DNA of 49,217 nt from Veleropilina oligotropha (lineage: Eukaryota): assembly GCA_048128005.1 (NCBI GenBank), contig JBEUKZ010000118.1, forward strand, positions 62,001 through 111,217. The letters are read 5' to 3'. Below are positions 34,200-47,279 of this stretch, piece by piece. The notes under the pieces were generated by a model that was not told the origin of the DNA, ran no database searches, and worked only from the letters and a program-made list of their open reading frames with translations. A program made the position numbers and the translations under genes. The number at the start of each line of letters is the position of its first letter. Position 1 is the first letter of the stretch.

Positions 34200-37100
34200 A
34201 ACACATAACGCGGAAAAGCCTCACCGATGTGTCACATGTAAGACGGCATTTGCACAATCTGGTGATCTAATTACGGAAGCACATAGAGAAAACATATCAT
34301 TGTGTTGTGTGCAATAAGGCATTTTCACACTCGGGTCATCTTATGGAGCACTGGCGACCCCATACTAGAGAGAAACTGAATGAATGTGCTAAATGTAAGA
34401 AGGCATTTTCACATTATGGTGGTCTTATGAATCACATGCGAATTCATACTGGAGAGAAGGCGCATCAATGTGTCACATGTAAGAAGGCATTTACACAGGC
34501 TGGTAGGCTTCAGATGCACATGGGAACCCATACTGGAGAGAAACCGTATCAGTGTGTTGTGTGCAATAGGGCGTTTTCACAATCCGGTAATCTTAGGGAG
34601 CACTGGCGAACCCATACTGGGGAGAGAAACCGCATCTGTGTGTTGTGTGCAATAAGGCGTTTTCACAATCGGGTAATCTTAGGGAGCACTGGCGAACCCA
34701 TACTGGAGAGAAACCACATCTGTGTGTTGTGTGCAATAGGGTGTTTTCACGATCGAGTATTCTTAGGGAGCACTGGCGAACCCATACTGGAGAGAAACCG
34801 CATCTGTGTGTTGTGTGCAATAGGGCGTTTTCGCAATCCGGTAATCTTAGGGAGCACTGGCGAACCCATACTGGAGAGAAACCGCATCAGTGTGTTGAAT
34901 GTAAGAAGGTATTTGCACAGGCTGGTGGTCTTAGGAATCACATGCGAATTCATACTGGAGAGAAACCGCATCGATGTGTTACATGTAAGAAGGCATTTAC
35001 ACAGGCTGGTAGTCTTCAGATGCACATGCGAACCCATACTGGAGAGAAACCATATCAGTGTGTTGTTTGCAATAGGGCGTTTTCAAAATCGGGTCTTCTT
35101 AGGGAGCACATGCGAACCCATACTGGAGAGAAACCGTATCAGTGTGATGTGTGCAATAAGAAGTTTTCACTATCCGGTAATCTTAGGCGGCACCGGCGAA
35201 CCCATACTGGAGATAAACCGCTGTAAGAAGGCATTTGCAGATTCTGGTGATCTTAGGAACCATAAGCGAATTCATACTGGAGAGAAACCGCATCAGTGTC
35301 TTAAATGTAAGAAGGCATTTGCACACTCTGGTGGTCGTCAGATGCACATGCGAACCCGTACTGGAGAGAAACCGTAGCATTGTGTTGTGTGCTATAAGGT
35401 GTTTCACAATCAGGTCAGCTAAGGGCGCACGGGCGAACCCATACCGGAGAAAAACCGCATCAGTGTGTTACATGTAAGAAGGGATTTGCACAGGCTGGTG
35501 GTCTTAGGAATCACATGCGAATTCATACTGGAGAGAAACCGCATCGATGTGTTACATGTAAGAAGGCATTTACACAGGCTGGTAGTCTTCAGATGCACAT
35601 GCGAACCCATACTGGAGAGAAACCATATCAGTGTGTTGTTTGCAATAGGGCGTTTTCAAAATCGGGTCTTCTTAGGGAGCACATGCGAACCCATACTGGA
35701 GAGAAACCGTATCAGTGTGATGTGTGCAATAAGAAGTTTTCACTATCCGGTAATCTTAGGCGGCACCGGCGAACCCATACTGGAGATAAACCGCTGTAAG
35801 AAGGCATTTGCAGATTCTGGTGATCTTAGGAACCATAAGCGAATTCATACTGGAGAGAAACCGCATCAGTGTCTTAAATGTAAGAAGGCATTTTCACACT
35901 CTGGTGGTCGTCAGATGCACATGCGAACCCGTACTGGAGAGAAACCGTATCATTGTGTTGTGTGCTATAAGGCGTTTTCACAATCAGGTCAGCTAAGGGC
36001 GCACGGGCGAACCCATACCGGAGAAAAACCGCATCAGCGTGTTACATTTGCACAGGCTGGTGTTCTAAGGAAGCACATGCGAATTCATACTGGGGAGAAA
36101 CCGTATCAGTGCGGTGTGTGCAATAAGGCGTTTTCACAATCTGGTCTTCTTAGGGAGCACTCTCGTACCCATACTGGATATACACCGCATCGTTGTGCTT
36201 TGTGAAATTATGAATTTTAAAAGTCTGGTCATCTTGTAAGACGCATGCGACGTCATACTGGAGATAAACCTATAATTGTGCTGTGCGCAATCAGACATTT
36301 TCTGAGTCGGGTTCGCTTAGAAGGCACGAGCGAATACATACTGGTGAGAAACCGCAACGGTGTTCTGTGTGCGATCAGGTATTCGCGCAGTCGGGCCATC
36401 TTAAGAGGCACATGCGAATCCATACTGGAGAGAAACCGTAAAACTGTGATATGTACAAGCAGGCTAAAGGCCCTTTTCCATTGGCGCGGCAATGGAGCAG
36501 CCAGGTAGCAAGAATTGATATAACGAAATCATATGTACCTTTTCAATTGTCACAGTTCCATTCCATGTTCCATTTGCTCGGTTCCTACCCGCGCGGAAAC
36601 CGCTCAACATTGATATCACGCAATCATATATTACCTTTTCCATTGCCGTGTACGAGACGCGGCATGCGGGACACTCGCGGCATAAATCGCTCTGAAATCT
36701 ATTTTTTGTTTCCGCCTGCCGCAAGGGAACCGCAAGATGGCTTCGTCGAAGCATATTCATCAAACATTATTACTGCAATATTAATATATGTGGAAGAAGA
36801 ACTGAATTTAATGATATGACTTTAGCATTGGTGGTTATAAAACATGCATTATTTCAGCAGAGCAGGGGGCATCGCTTTTGGGTGCATAAGATCATAAAAC
36901 GCATGTTGGCCTTTAAACCAGTCGACTTGGCTGATTAACACCAAATATCGTTCTTAACAGATATTTTGTGGGATTGCAATGCAATGTCAGAATAATATTG
37001 TCAAATAATTAGTCACACACTACAAACACACCTCTACGACAAGCGCAAGTCTGCAGTTCACATAATTTATTTATTATATACCACTATCCGCGCGGTAGGA

Positions 37101-37235
37101 ACCGTGCATATGGAAAACGACCTTAGTCGCCAAGTCTCAAGAACCATAAGCGACTGCATAAGGGATAAGTGTGCTTTGTGTAAAAGCGTCTTTTCTCAGT
37201 CGAACATACTCAGAACACGCATGCTTTCTCTTGAT
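34200..37235 (+). pseudogene. Tandem C2H2 zinc-finger array (roughly 25 fingers), disrupted
   Basis: 84-bp HTGEKP-linked units; frameshifts near 34621, 35221, 35400 and 35794; TAG at 35375; last fingers split by an insertion at about 36468-37123. Confidence 0.92.
36468..37123. mobile_element. PIF/Harbinger-like MITE (possibly composite) inserted in the zinc-finger array
   Basis: aggcccttttcca / tggaaaacgacct ends with taa / tag flanks; inner IR about 36568-36597 vs 37087-37115; finger sequence resumes afterwards. Confidence 0.6.
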
Positions 37236-39049
37236 CGTCACTAACTAATTGCGTGACGCGTTATCATTATTATTATATAATATAGTTGTGTATATGCATA
37301 TATCTGTAAATTGTAAATGCATATATCTGTAAATTGCAGCATGTATATTGATGCTTCAACTTGATATTCCCTGCGCCTTGGCGTTATGGTATAGTATTCA
37401 TTTTACAACATTTAGGCCTTAATAGCCATGTAGAACTGCAAGATAAGCGTAAAGTAGTGCATTAATGCAATTGTATTGTTTCAAATGGTAGATACACATG
37501 TATAGATGAAAAACCAGACGGTGCGACAATGGCACTGTTTATATTTGTTTATTGACGTCATTATCCACCCCCCCCCCCTCCACTCATAAATGTTGTGATT
37601 AGTCAAACAATTAAATAACCACATATGTATCATGTGTGGTGTCATATTATAGATAATTAAATGCACATCGTGAAAATAATGTTAGTACATAATTATTTTA
37701 TTGCAGGATATTTATTAAATTAAATGACGTAATTAGCCACGCCCCTTTTCTTACACAAATCGGTCCTTTTGTTATCTTAACAATTGAAATGGTCTTAGTT
37801 GACGTTAATGTATGTTGACGTGCTATTACTAATTTAGTAGTACTAGAACTACCACCGTATTAAAGATGCTGAATCTACATTCAAATTGATGTATTGCATT
37901 GAAACCTATAGCAAGTTGAAGTAGCCGCATCCAATTTTCATTGATCGCGTTATTTATTATATCAAGTTTTCGCATACATCCATTTTATAATCAGAAGCAG
38001 TCACAGTCGATAACGGCGGCCTGCCTCTATTTCTGTTGTCGACATCGGCCATGGAAACCGATATAAACAAAACTCAGACAAGGACGACCTAGAAATGACC
38101 TGGTATTTTTAGATCGCGGGGGTGATTTAGGGCGGAGCTAAGTAACGTGTTGATTCAGCCAAGCCGTCGTTCATTTCCGTATACAATCGGCTCAAATTTT
38201 GAGCGCGCGCTCATAATTCCATAAAAAAAATTCAAATATTTATCACTAAGTGAAATTTTTTTTGCCATGTGTGGTAATCTCTGAAACGTCCTAACCATAT
38301 GCAATAAATCAATGCAGAAAGTGCAAGATATAACAGCCTTTAAATACGTTTTAGCGATCTGAAGTAGATCGTGCATCTTTAAATCCGTGTATGCTCTTTT
38401 CATTGATTGCTGACTTTCTTTGATTCTTTATTTGTCAAACAACAATTTCACTGATTGTCACACTTTAAATATGTGGCGATATCCATCCGCCTTTCCCTTG
38501 TAAATCCCACCTTATGCAACCATGTTTTGCCTTTTGGTTATAAACATGGGCCCATTTCACAAATCTTTCAAATTACTATGAATGAACCACAATAGCGGTG
38601 TGGTCTCGAGTGCCGACTCTGAAATCACTGGTTGCACTGCTCCGAACAACAGGAGTGCGTACGAATCTCGGTTGGGGCAAGACTATTTTTTGTCCAGTTG
38701 TCCGAACCTGGCCGAATTTTCTGGAGACTGGGCTTTCCTCCGGTGATAATATGAACATGTCCTGGTTTTAACATGAAGGTTGTAAATATACACGACGTTA
38801 CGCATATATATATCAGCTATACATAGCAGCACGTATAATGATACTCATAGTATACTGGGACGTAGGAACCGGGGGGGGGGGGGGGGGGCAGATAATAGAT
38901 CTAAAAATATACATCTAAAAAAATCTTGTGTATATAGTCCGGTGTGTTATATACTTTCGTTTTTATTTTTTTGAGATTTGCAAAGCTATACATTTTTGGA
39001 AACATATCCAACAGAATGTGGAAACCAATGTTTGCATTTGAACCGATGC

Positions 39050-42000
39050 CGTTATGGCGGCCATTTTGAATTTCAAGATGGCCGCCAGTTGGAATAAATT
39101 ATATAGCATAATACAGCCACAATTCAACAAATAATTTAGTTTTAGAGTTTAAATATATATTATCATGATGAAAACATTACATAGCATCATCTGTCAGAAT
39201 AATGTACATATTACAGGACAGGTGACAGTCTTTTTAGTGTGTGATATAATATGGATTTTTAGTATTCACTGTATTATGAAGATAATTTTGCAGATACATC
39301 TTAAAGATTTTGTATTACATCACACAACATTAAGTACAAAACTTACCGAGCCAAAATATGGTCAATGTTCAAGCCAATATGCAAATTAGAAATGGATATT
39401 TTGTCGTAAAACAATACATTTAAGCATCAACAAGTATTAAGGGGAGATAACTCAAGATTGTATATATTTCATTAAGCATTAATTATAATTAATTATAAAG
39501 GTTAAATAAGACATATGCTGGTGCCTTAACTATATTTCCAGAGTTAGCTCATGAATGGTCAATCCAATGGACAGTAATCACACAAAACAAACCAGCTACG
39601 ATTTCTAGCAGTTGGAGAAAAGCATTCCAATATGCGACCTCGTTTCAAATGTTCCTCTACGAAATAGTTGCTTAATTACTTGATTTCAGACCAGACTTGA
39701 AAAAGACCGTTGTTCTCAGACAATATAAACTTCATGCTGTCGTCACTGATTCTTCGGGGTCATGGAGCGTCAAGAACTCCAGTACCAGTATAGAGGAAAC
39801 CTAGCTGAATGGAAGCAAGTTCTTCTTATTTGCCATCGCCTTATCGTGGTAAGGGGTCGACGGCCTGAATTCTCCTTCTCCATTCGTCTGTCATGTATGT
39901 CACCCTCTGTCAGATCCATCTCCTCTATACTTTACCTCAGTCCATCTCTCCCATTTCCTACGTTGACGTCTTCAACTCCTCCGCGCTCTTACTGGCTCCC
40001 TCCACGCTCTAGTCACGATATTTGCCCAATCATCAAGACGTGTCCGTACGATCTCATCTTACTTATATATATATCCTGCACCGCTCGTTTTGTCACTCTC
40101 ATTCTGCTCCACACCTCTTCGCTTCTGATTTTATCTCGCAGTGTCACTTCCAAAATATTTCAGAATACACATCTCCATTATCCTCTCATCCCTCTTCGTC
40201 CGTGCTCAGCACGCTGCCCCATACGTCATATTCGGCCCACCATTATCTTATAAATCTTAGTTTTCAACTTAATCGGCATCCTCCTATTATTCAACACTCC
40301 ACTCCACTTTGTCCATCAGCTCGACTACAGGCTAACGTATCTGACCTTTTCGAGTTTATCTTTAGTCCAAACCTATCCAGACTTGTTAGATAACTCAGCA
40401 ACCATTCTTGCAACTGTTCCGCGCTGTCTGTCAAATCCTAAGTTGCACACACTAAAAACATATACCCATACATTGCATAATATAAATTGGCTATTTGTGC
40501 AATTTTCAGGAATAACCCTAATCTGACGAACATTTGTCTGGATTCCATAAAATAAATATAGGTGGCCTGCCTCGAGATCAACAAACCCAAGATAACTAAA
40601 CATGGTACATTTGCCAGTTCAAATCTTTTGCATGTTTTGGCCATTGCTGATGTACAAAATATCTTTTTAAAGTTGGGAAGTTAAAGCAGGCAATGTTCAA
40701 GGCCATGATGGAAATGACATTCATCGAGTGGAAACAATTATGGCTTTCATCACAGCATCTCATTCATCTGACCTGATGCTTCATTGTGAGCAGAAGAATA
40801 CCTGAACAAACTGTTTTTGCTATGGATAGGATAAAATACAAATGGCTCCGACCTTGCTATATTTCAGATATATGACCTCAGCTTTAACTAACCAGACACT
40901 TCGCCTTCAGAACAAACTACAAGCAACAGTAATCATCTCTTTGAAATAGCAACCATGAAACACCAGACACACTGATGATCTGGATAGATGTGTTAGCAAC
41001 AAGATGTGCTTCGCAAAATGAGCATCACACGGACGTAATATTGTTTGTTATGATATTTTCCCAAGAAAGACATGCATCTCTATGGTATCATGTGTGGCTC
41101 TAATTCAGCCAATCTGGAAAGCTTTGAGCTGCAATTCAGCAAAGGCATAAGTATTTCATGTTTTACAAGAGCAGACACTGGGCATTTTTATAGAATATGC
41201 AAAGCCATATTTGACTAGAGTTATATCTGAAGGCGACAGTCAAGTTATCAAGGCACTATAAGATCAAAGTGATATTGCGGAGGTGACAGTGAAAAGTCTG
41301 GTCACACTTGCGACAATTGTATGTGCCGTATATTATCCAAGAGGAACCCATATCAAGAACATACCTGAAGTGCAGTCGCATCTATTTTATAATTATATGT
41401 CGGAGAATAATTGGTTATGGGAACAAGCGCCGGCTCGTAATGTAATACTTGAAATGGTAAGATGCAGGTGCAAGTAGAGTGTTCAGAATGATGATGACTC
41501 TATATAAAACACTTTAGCTAATGACAGTGATGACGATGAAATGTATTAGATTTTGGGCTAGATGGTATATTGCTTTGATAATTGAGCAGTGATTATAAAA
41601 ATATATTCTTTAAATTAAATGTTTAAATGTGAAATTTTTCACTAATACGGCTAAAATAAATTAATATAAAATAATCTGACTAAATATTCACATTGTTTAA
41701 ACCAGCCAATTTATTATTTATCAGCAAATTCCTTAGTTCAAAGTGAAAGAAACAAGTCAGAGTATGCAAGTCGGAATATGCACTACATATTATACCTGCG
41801 GTCTCACAGGAGGCGCCCGAACACATTACCATTTATAGCAAATCTGAAGAAACAGTTTGAACTGCCTGGTCCGACAGCCCACAATACGACCTGCATAATT
41901 TCATATCATTGTTGGTAGATTTTTCCTGTATCTTGTAGAATGTGAAGGTTTCAAAATGGCCACCTATCATTGAAAAATGTACCCGTACTTATCCGCTGGC

Positions 42001-42280
42001 GAAAATATCAATACTCGGTCAGCTATATTAAATGGCTTGGATGTTAAGAGTCCGTTTTGCCTTGGTAAATAAATACATTCATGTGTTATAAATGCTGGAT
42101 GGATTTTGTATATCCGCCATTTTAAATCCAATATGGCTGCCTATCTTCGTAGAGAGGCTCGAACTCATTATACCATGTAGGCCTACATTTATAGCAAGAA
42201 ACAGTTCAAGCTGCATGGATTCAAAAGGCCACAATGTAACCTACAGTATTTCATATGATTGATGGTTAGTTTATGATGTA
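39050..42280 (+). mobile_element. Second highly decayed Academ-like element
   Basis: LFFAMDRIKY (about 40810) and W..APARNVILEMVRCRCK (about 41420) remnants; repeated atggc(c/g)gcc / gccatttt motifs at about 39054, 41955 and 42115. Boundaries approximate. Confidence 0.5.
39800..40380 (-). pseudogene. RTE-type LINE 3' fragment
   Basis: Minus strand resembles the RTE ORF C-terminal region, heavily frameshifted. Confidence 0.55.
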
Positions 42281-43260
42281 TCTATTATCACTATTTAAGC
42301 AGTCTTGATTGTTGATAGTTATAGTATAGTATATATGCTACGACATGTAAGCCTTAAGGTCCATTGTCCTTTTTATAATCTGATGATTGACATTGTCTGA
42401 CATGTTGGGATATTATTCAGGTCCTCCATTGTAAATTATTCGATGCAAAATGTAATCAGGGATATTGCCTTTTCCTCGTCACGGCCTGCAATTCCATCCA
42501 CTGTGTCAAATTATGAGATTCCGGGTCTTGACTTCATCTTAATATTTGCATATTTATGAAAAATATTTGTTGTTTTTTATAAATCAACATTTCATATCGA
42601 ATTGTCTCATGGATTGTCGTATTACTCTCGTTGCTCTATTCCTGTATTTGCGGTTGTTTCTGTAGTCCACTCCTGTAGTCCATTTATGTAGTCTCTGGTT
42701 GACATGAATTTCCTGTATGCAGCGTATTTGGTTTTAAATTTGATATGGCTGATGTATTCCTCCATAGTGGTTTATTGATTTTATTTTGAGTTACATTTCT
42801 TTGCTGGAATAGTGCACCCAGCCTATTTCCTCAATGTTTATTCTAGTGTATTCCAATTTGCATCTGCCAAGCTTGCAGACAATAGAACAGTCCAGTCAGT
42901 TCTAGCTCATCTCATTCAGATGGGCATAGTCGCCTTTATCATTTTGGACGATTTTTGTATTTGGTCATGGTTCATCGTAATATCATATTATCCTATGCAT
43001 CATAACTAAGTGATGATGACTGTTACGGATAGGTGTGTCGTAGCTTAATTCCTTCATCATGTCACATTCATTATAGGATAAGCTTCAGTATATTAGCCTG
43101 GTGTTGCCATCGGTGGTGAGTGGGTAAAAGTACGTATCTCGGATCAAGTCTAAGAACTGTGGACTCGGGGTCTTATTTGTCCCTCATGTTAACTGCTCGT
43201 TTCAGTAATTCATTTTTTGAAGATCCTGATTTTGGCGTTGCCTTGTGTCGTCGAGTTTAC

Positions 43261-43385
43261 AGGTGGTCTTACCAAGCACGAGCGACTCCATACTGGAGAT
43301 AACCCGCATCAGTGTGCTGTGTGTAACATTGCCTTTTCTCAGGAGCACAGACCCAGAGCGCACATGCTTTCTCATGATTGACACT
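43261..43385 (+). pseudogene. Isolated 3'-terminal C2H2 zinc-finger fragment
   Basis: GGLTKHERLHTGDNPHQCAVCNIAFSQEHRPRAHMLSHD*; similar to the array end at about 37140-37240. Confidence 0.75.
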
Positions 43386-43429
43386 ATCTTTCCCTTCTTG
43401 TTGATGATTGATATCGCTCATCATCACGG

Positions 43430-43696
43430 GGCCGCTTCGGCAGCGCAGTGGGTAGAGTGTCCACTCTAAATTCACTGGCTTGATTCCGGTAATGCGAACA
43501 GTAGTGGGTTCAATACCTGGCTGAGGCATTGACATTTTTTCAAGTTATGAATCACAGTTGTCCGTGACTGACCGAAGAGGGCGGGTTTACACGGGCGACC
43601 GGGGTTTCCTCCCGCGATAACACGGACATGTCCTGCCTTGAACCTCGATGTTGTAAATATACAGGACATTAAGCATCATGCCACCCTCCCTCCCTC
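43430..43696 (+). mobile_element. tRNA-derived SINE with 11-bp TSD
   Basis: A-box-like ggcagcgcagtgg, B-box-like gggttcaatacc, (ccct)n tail; catcatcacgg at 43419-43429 and 43697-43707. Confidence 0.88.
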
Positions 43697-45130
43697 CATC
43701 ATCACGGAGTGTGAGTAACCAGCAGTTGAACATTTGGTCAGTAAGTCAGGTAAGACATATTATTGTCTTTGGAACTGTTAGGAGATTGACAGACTCATCC
43801 AGGCATCATTTTGTCCTTACCATGAAGTCCGATTTCTATTCAGATTGCATCCTGGAACTGACTTTGCTCTAACTATTTACCTCTATTGTTTCCAATTGAA
43901 TTTTATGTCCAAAACAACTCCTTTGTATGTGCTTTTTAGGTCAGAGAAACAGGCAGAGGTGGTAGCGTTCAGTTCCTATATTTTGTGGGCATCTTGTATT
44001 TGTAGGCTTGATTTCAGTGAGGCATATTATGTATTGTGTACAATTATTCCAGTTTATTTACAAACGAGTCTGTATTTCAATAAAGAATTTCAAACCAAAA
44101 CAAGTTCGCTTATAACAGTGTTTTTATTTTTAGCTTACTGTTGCTCGACTCCCGTTTTGTGGATGTATATGCTCCTTGTTTACTCTTATAAACTGTCCCC
44201 TCCGTATGTCCATTGGCAAAAATTGTCATCTTCGGCAATCAGCTGTTCCTAGTTATCCGCTATCAGTTTTCTCCAATTTTTTTATTTCTTCATTTTGTGT
44301 TTAGGTAAGATCTGTTGCTATGAAGAAGTTTCTTATAATGGGGTCTTATTTGTCCCTCATGTTAACTGCTCGTTTCAGTAATTCAATTTTTGAAGAGCCT
44401 GATTTTGGCGTTGCCTTGGGTCCTCGAGTTTGCTCGTTTCGGTCAGTTGGTATTGTACCCAGACGCACCATAATTGTAATTTCCCTTCCTCCACATCTAG
44501 GTGTTATAAAATTGTGAAGCGACCGCAACCTGTCTTATACATATTCGTCTTATCTCCATAACATTATAATTTCCTATGGTCGAATATTTGCAAAGCTCGC
44601 CGTGTTGATTTGATGTCACATGAGTCATTGACCCTGTTCAGATAGCTCCACAGATGCGATGAATTATTGAATAGCTTTGTATGTTTTGCGACAACATTTA
44701 CAACGATTCCATCGTATGCTAATTGGATGCCACGGCCTATGCACTTAATTCCATTAATTTAGCAGTTGAACAACATCATACATCATCTTGCTATGTTAAT
44801 ACCATATTGTAGTGTTGTGGCCCCGAATTGTACTTTTGGAATGTGTATAATGTTACTCTAATATGATAACCTAGTCTCCTTTTATTGCCGTTGTCAACCT
44901 GTTAGAAATTCGGTCATTGCGATACAACAGTCACCGTCATTATATAGTTAACAACAAGAGCAATCAGAGGAGATAGTAAACCCTGCCACGGGGTAAAGGG
45001 AGACGATGGTGAAAGTCATAAATGTCTACGGTCAATATTTCTAAACATGAATTACAATCATAAAATGTAATCACAAATTTAAAATAATAAGAAATACCAA
45101 AATTTAAAAAAAAACAAATATATATATATT

Positions 45131-45198
45131 GGATGTAATAGGAGTCGAACGCGTGACCTCTAGATCTACCGCTAACGCCTTAACCGTTTGCGCTATGC
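45131..45198 (-). other. Degenerate tRNA-like segment (SINE head or TE-embedded)
   Basis: Minus strand gcatagcgcaaacggttaaggcg...gcgttcgactcc has A/B-box-like motifs but no complete cloverleaf. Confidence 0.45.
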
Positions 45199-45589
45199 AA
45201 ATAGTCTAATTAATACGGCTAATTTAGGCTATTTATATTTGGTGTTAGATTTTTTGTATTTGCAAATTTTGCGGAAGTTGACAATACTTAACTCGCAATA
45301 ACTCAATAGTTAATAAAGCGATATACCTGAAATTTTCAATAGATAGTTTATGATAACCTTGCCTAATGCTGTAAATTATGTCACGGCGTCAGCAGTATTT
45401 AAAGAGCTATCACAAATATCGCAACGTCTCGACGATTTTGTCTTCGGAGCAAAAATTATTGCTACATATTCGCTAAAACACAAAGTATGTCGATAAGAGT
45501 TGGAGATAATGTCCCACTCTGTTACTTGATAAAATGTGAGGTATCTGCTTACAGATTTACGGCATTTATTTGCAATTTGCTTTGGTTGA

Positions 45590-46960
45590 TTTCTAATCAT
45601 TATGGTATTCGCGGGATACCACTTAAATGGTTTGAAAATTACTTATTTAATAGGAAACAATTTGTTTCAACAGGCATCAAACGATATCATGTGGGGTGCC
45701 ACAGGGTTCTATACTAGGACCAGTATTATTCATTATTTACATAAACGATTTATCGAATACCTCTAAATTACTAAAATTCATTCTTTTTGCGGACTATACT
45801 AATATATTATTTACACATAAATCGTTTAAAACGCTAATAAGTACAATGAATGAAGAACTAAAATATGTTAGTCGGTGGTTTAAAATTAATAAATTATCTT
45901 TAAACATTAAAAAAACAAATTTCATCTTATTTGTCAATAAGGTAAAAATGCATGCCACAGAGGAAGCCAAAGTTAAAATTGAAGAAATTTATATAAAGCA
46001 AGCAAGTAGCACAACATTTTTGGGCGTAACATTAGATGAAAACTTAAACTGGCATGAACATATTAAAAATATTAGTAGTAAAATATCAAAGAACATCGGT
46101 ATTATCTACAAATTAAAACAATCATTACCTTCGTACATACTCCCAACACTATTCACAAGCTTAATACTTCCATATTTTCAATACTGTATCTACGTATCAT
46201 TCAAGAACAGAAAAGCTTTTTATATTGCAAAAACGTGCAATCAGAATCATCACCTCCTCCAGCTATCTTGAGCACACTTCCCACTTTAAGAAATCCAAGC
46301 AACTAACAATTTATGATATAAACAAACACCAAACTGTTATATTTGTGTATACATTTCACAATAATAGATTACCCAAGTCATTTAATAACTATTTTCATTT
46401 TCCTGAAAATTCTAGCTTTCACTCACATAACACCAGATTAAAGGAAAACTATCATTTAATAAAATACCGTACAACTTTACGGCAATCAGCAATAAAATAT
46501 CAAGGACCTAAACTGTGGAATAACTTGAACGAAACGCTACGAAAATCGACCTCTTTGTCACAATTTAAAAGACAGTATAAATTATTATTAATATCAAATT
46601 ATCATGCATAAAGATACTTTCTTAATCATATCAAATAAGCATCACTTTCACACATGCACGCACACCATACACAGACAAATACGCATATACACTTACACGC
46701 ATACGAAAATAGTTAAATAATAATTAAAAAAGCCGATATATTCATTGGGCGGTCAACTCATAAGCTCAAAAGGGTTTCTGACCTTCCATCCATAACACCA
46801 AACTCGTATCATCTTTAAATTGCGTATATGTTTCATCTCTTTGTCAATTTATAATGTTAGCTTTCCCATACAAATCGATATATATATGTACACATGTGTA
46901 TTTTATTTATACAATTATTGTTATATTTGTAGGTAGTATTATATTTATATGATATTGTAT
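45590..46960 (+). mobile_element. 5'-truncated, frameshifted LINE (CR1/L2 group) RT fragment with 3' UTR
   Basis: YGIRG, PQGSILGP, FADYTN (mutated FADD), QKRAIRII, GPKLWN; ORFs 45696..46271 and 46225..46611. Confidence 0.88.
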
Positions 46961-46965
46961 GGTGA

Positions 46966-47279
46966 CAGGGGCGGATCCAGGGGGGTCCATGGGGGTCGGA
47001 GTTGAGGGACCAAGTGCCCTATTGCCTTGGCCATTAAAAAAAAACTCAATGTGTTAGATTGTGACAAAAATGAAAATTACCCATACATTTTAGTGAAAAT
47101 GGTTCATAAATGTTGGTAAGAAATCTCGATTTTGCCCTGTCAGAGTGCAGGAGAGGAGGTTTGAGGCTGTTAATTGTCAAAATTTCATTTCGCGTGGGGC
47201 CCCGTCCCCACGCGAACAGTTGTTAGTATATTTTATGAAAGTTGGACACCCCCTTAGCAAAATCCTGCATCCGCCCCTG
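46966..47279. mobile_element. MITE with 16-bp TIR and exact 5-bp TSD (hAT5-like)
   Basis: caggggcggatccagg / cctgcatccgcccctg; TSD ggtga; interior homologous to 31910-32293. Confidence 0.92.

Noticed and set aside
34307..36205. Intact zinc-finger CDSs as given by the ORF track
   Set aside because: The ORFs drift in and out of the finger frame (HTGEKP vs ILERN) because of frameshifts; this is one broken array.
43430..43530. Functional tRNA gene
   Set aside because: No proper cloverleaf; continues into a body and tail flanked by an 11-bp TSD, i.e. a SINE.
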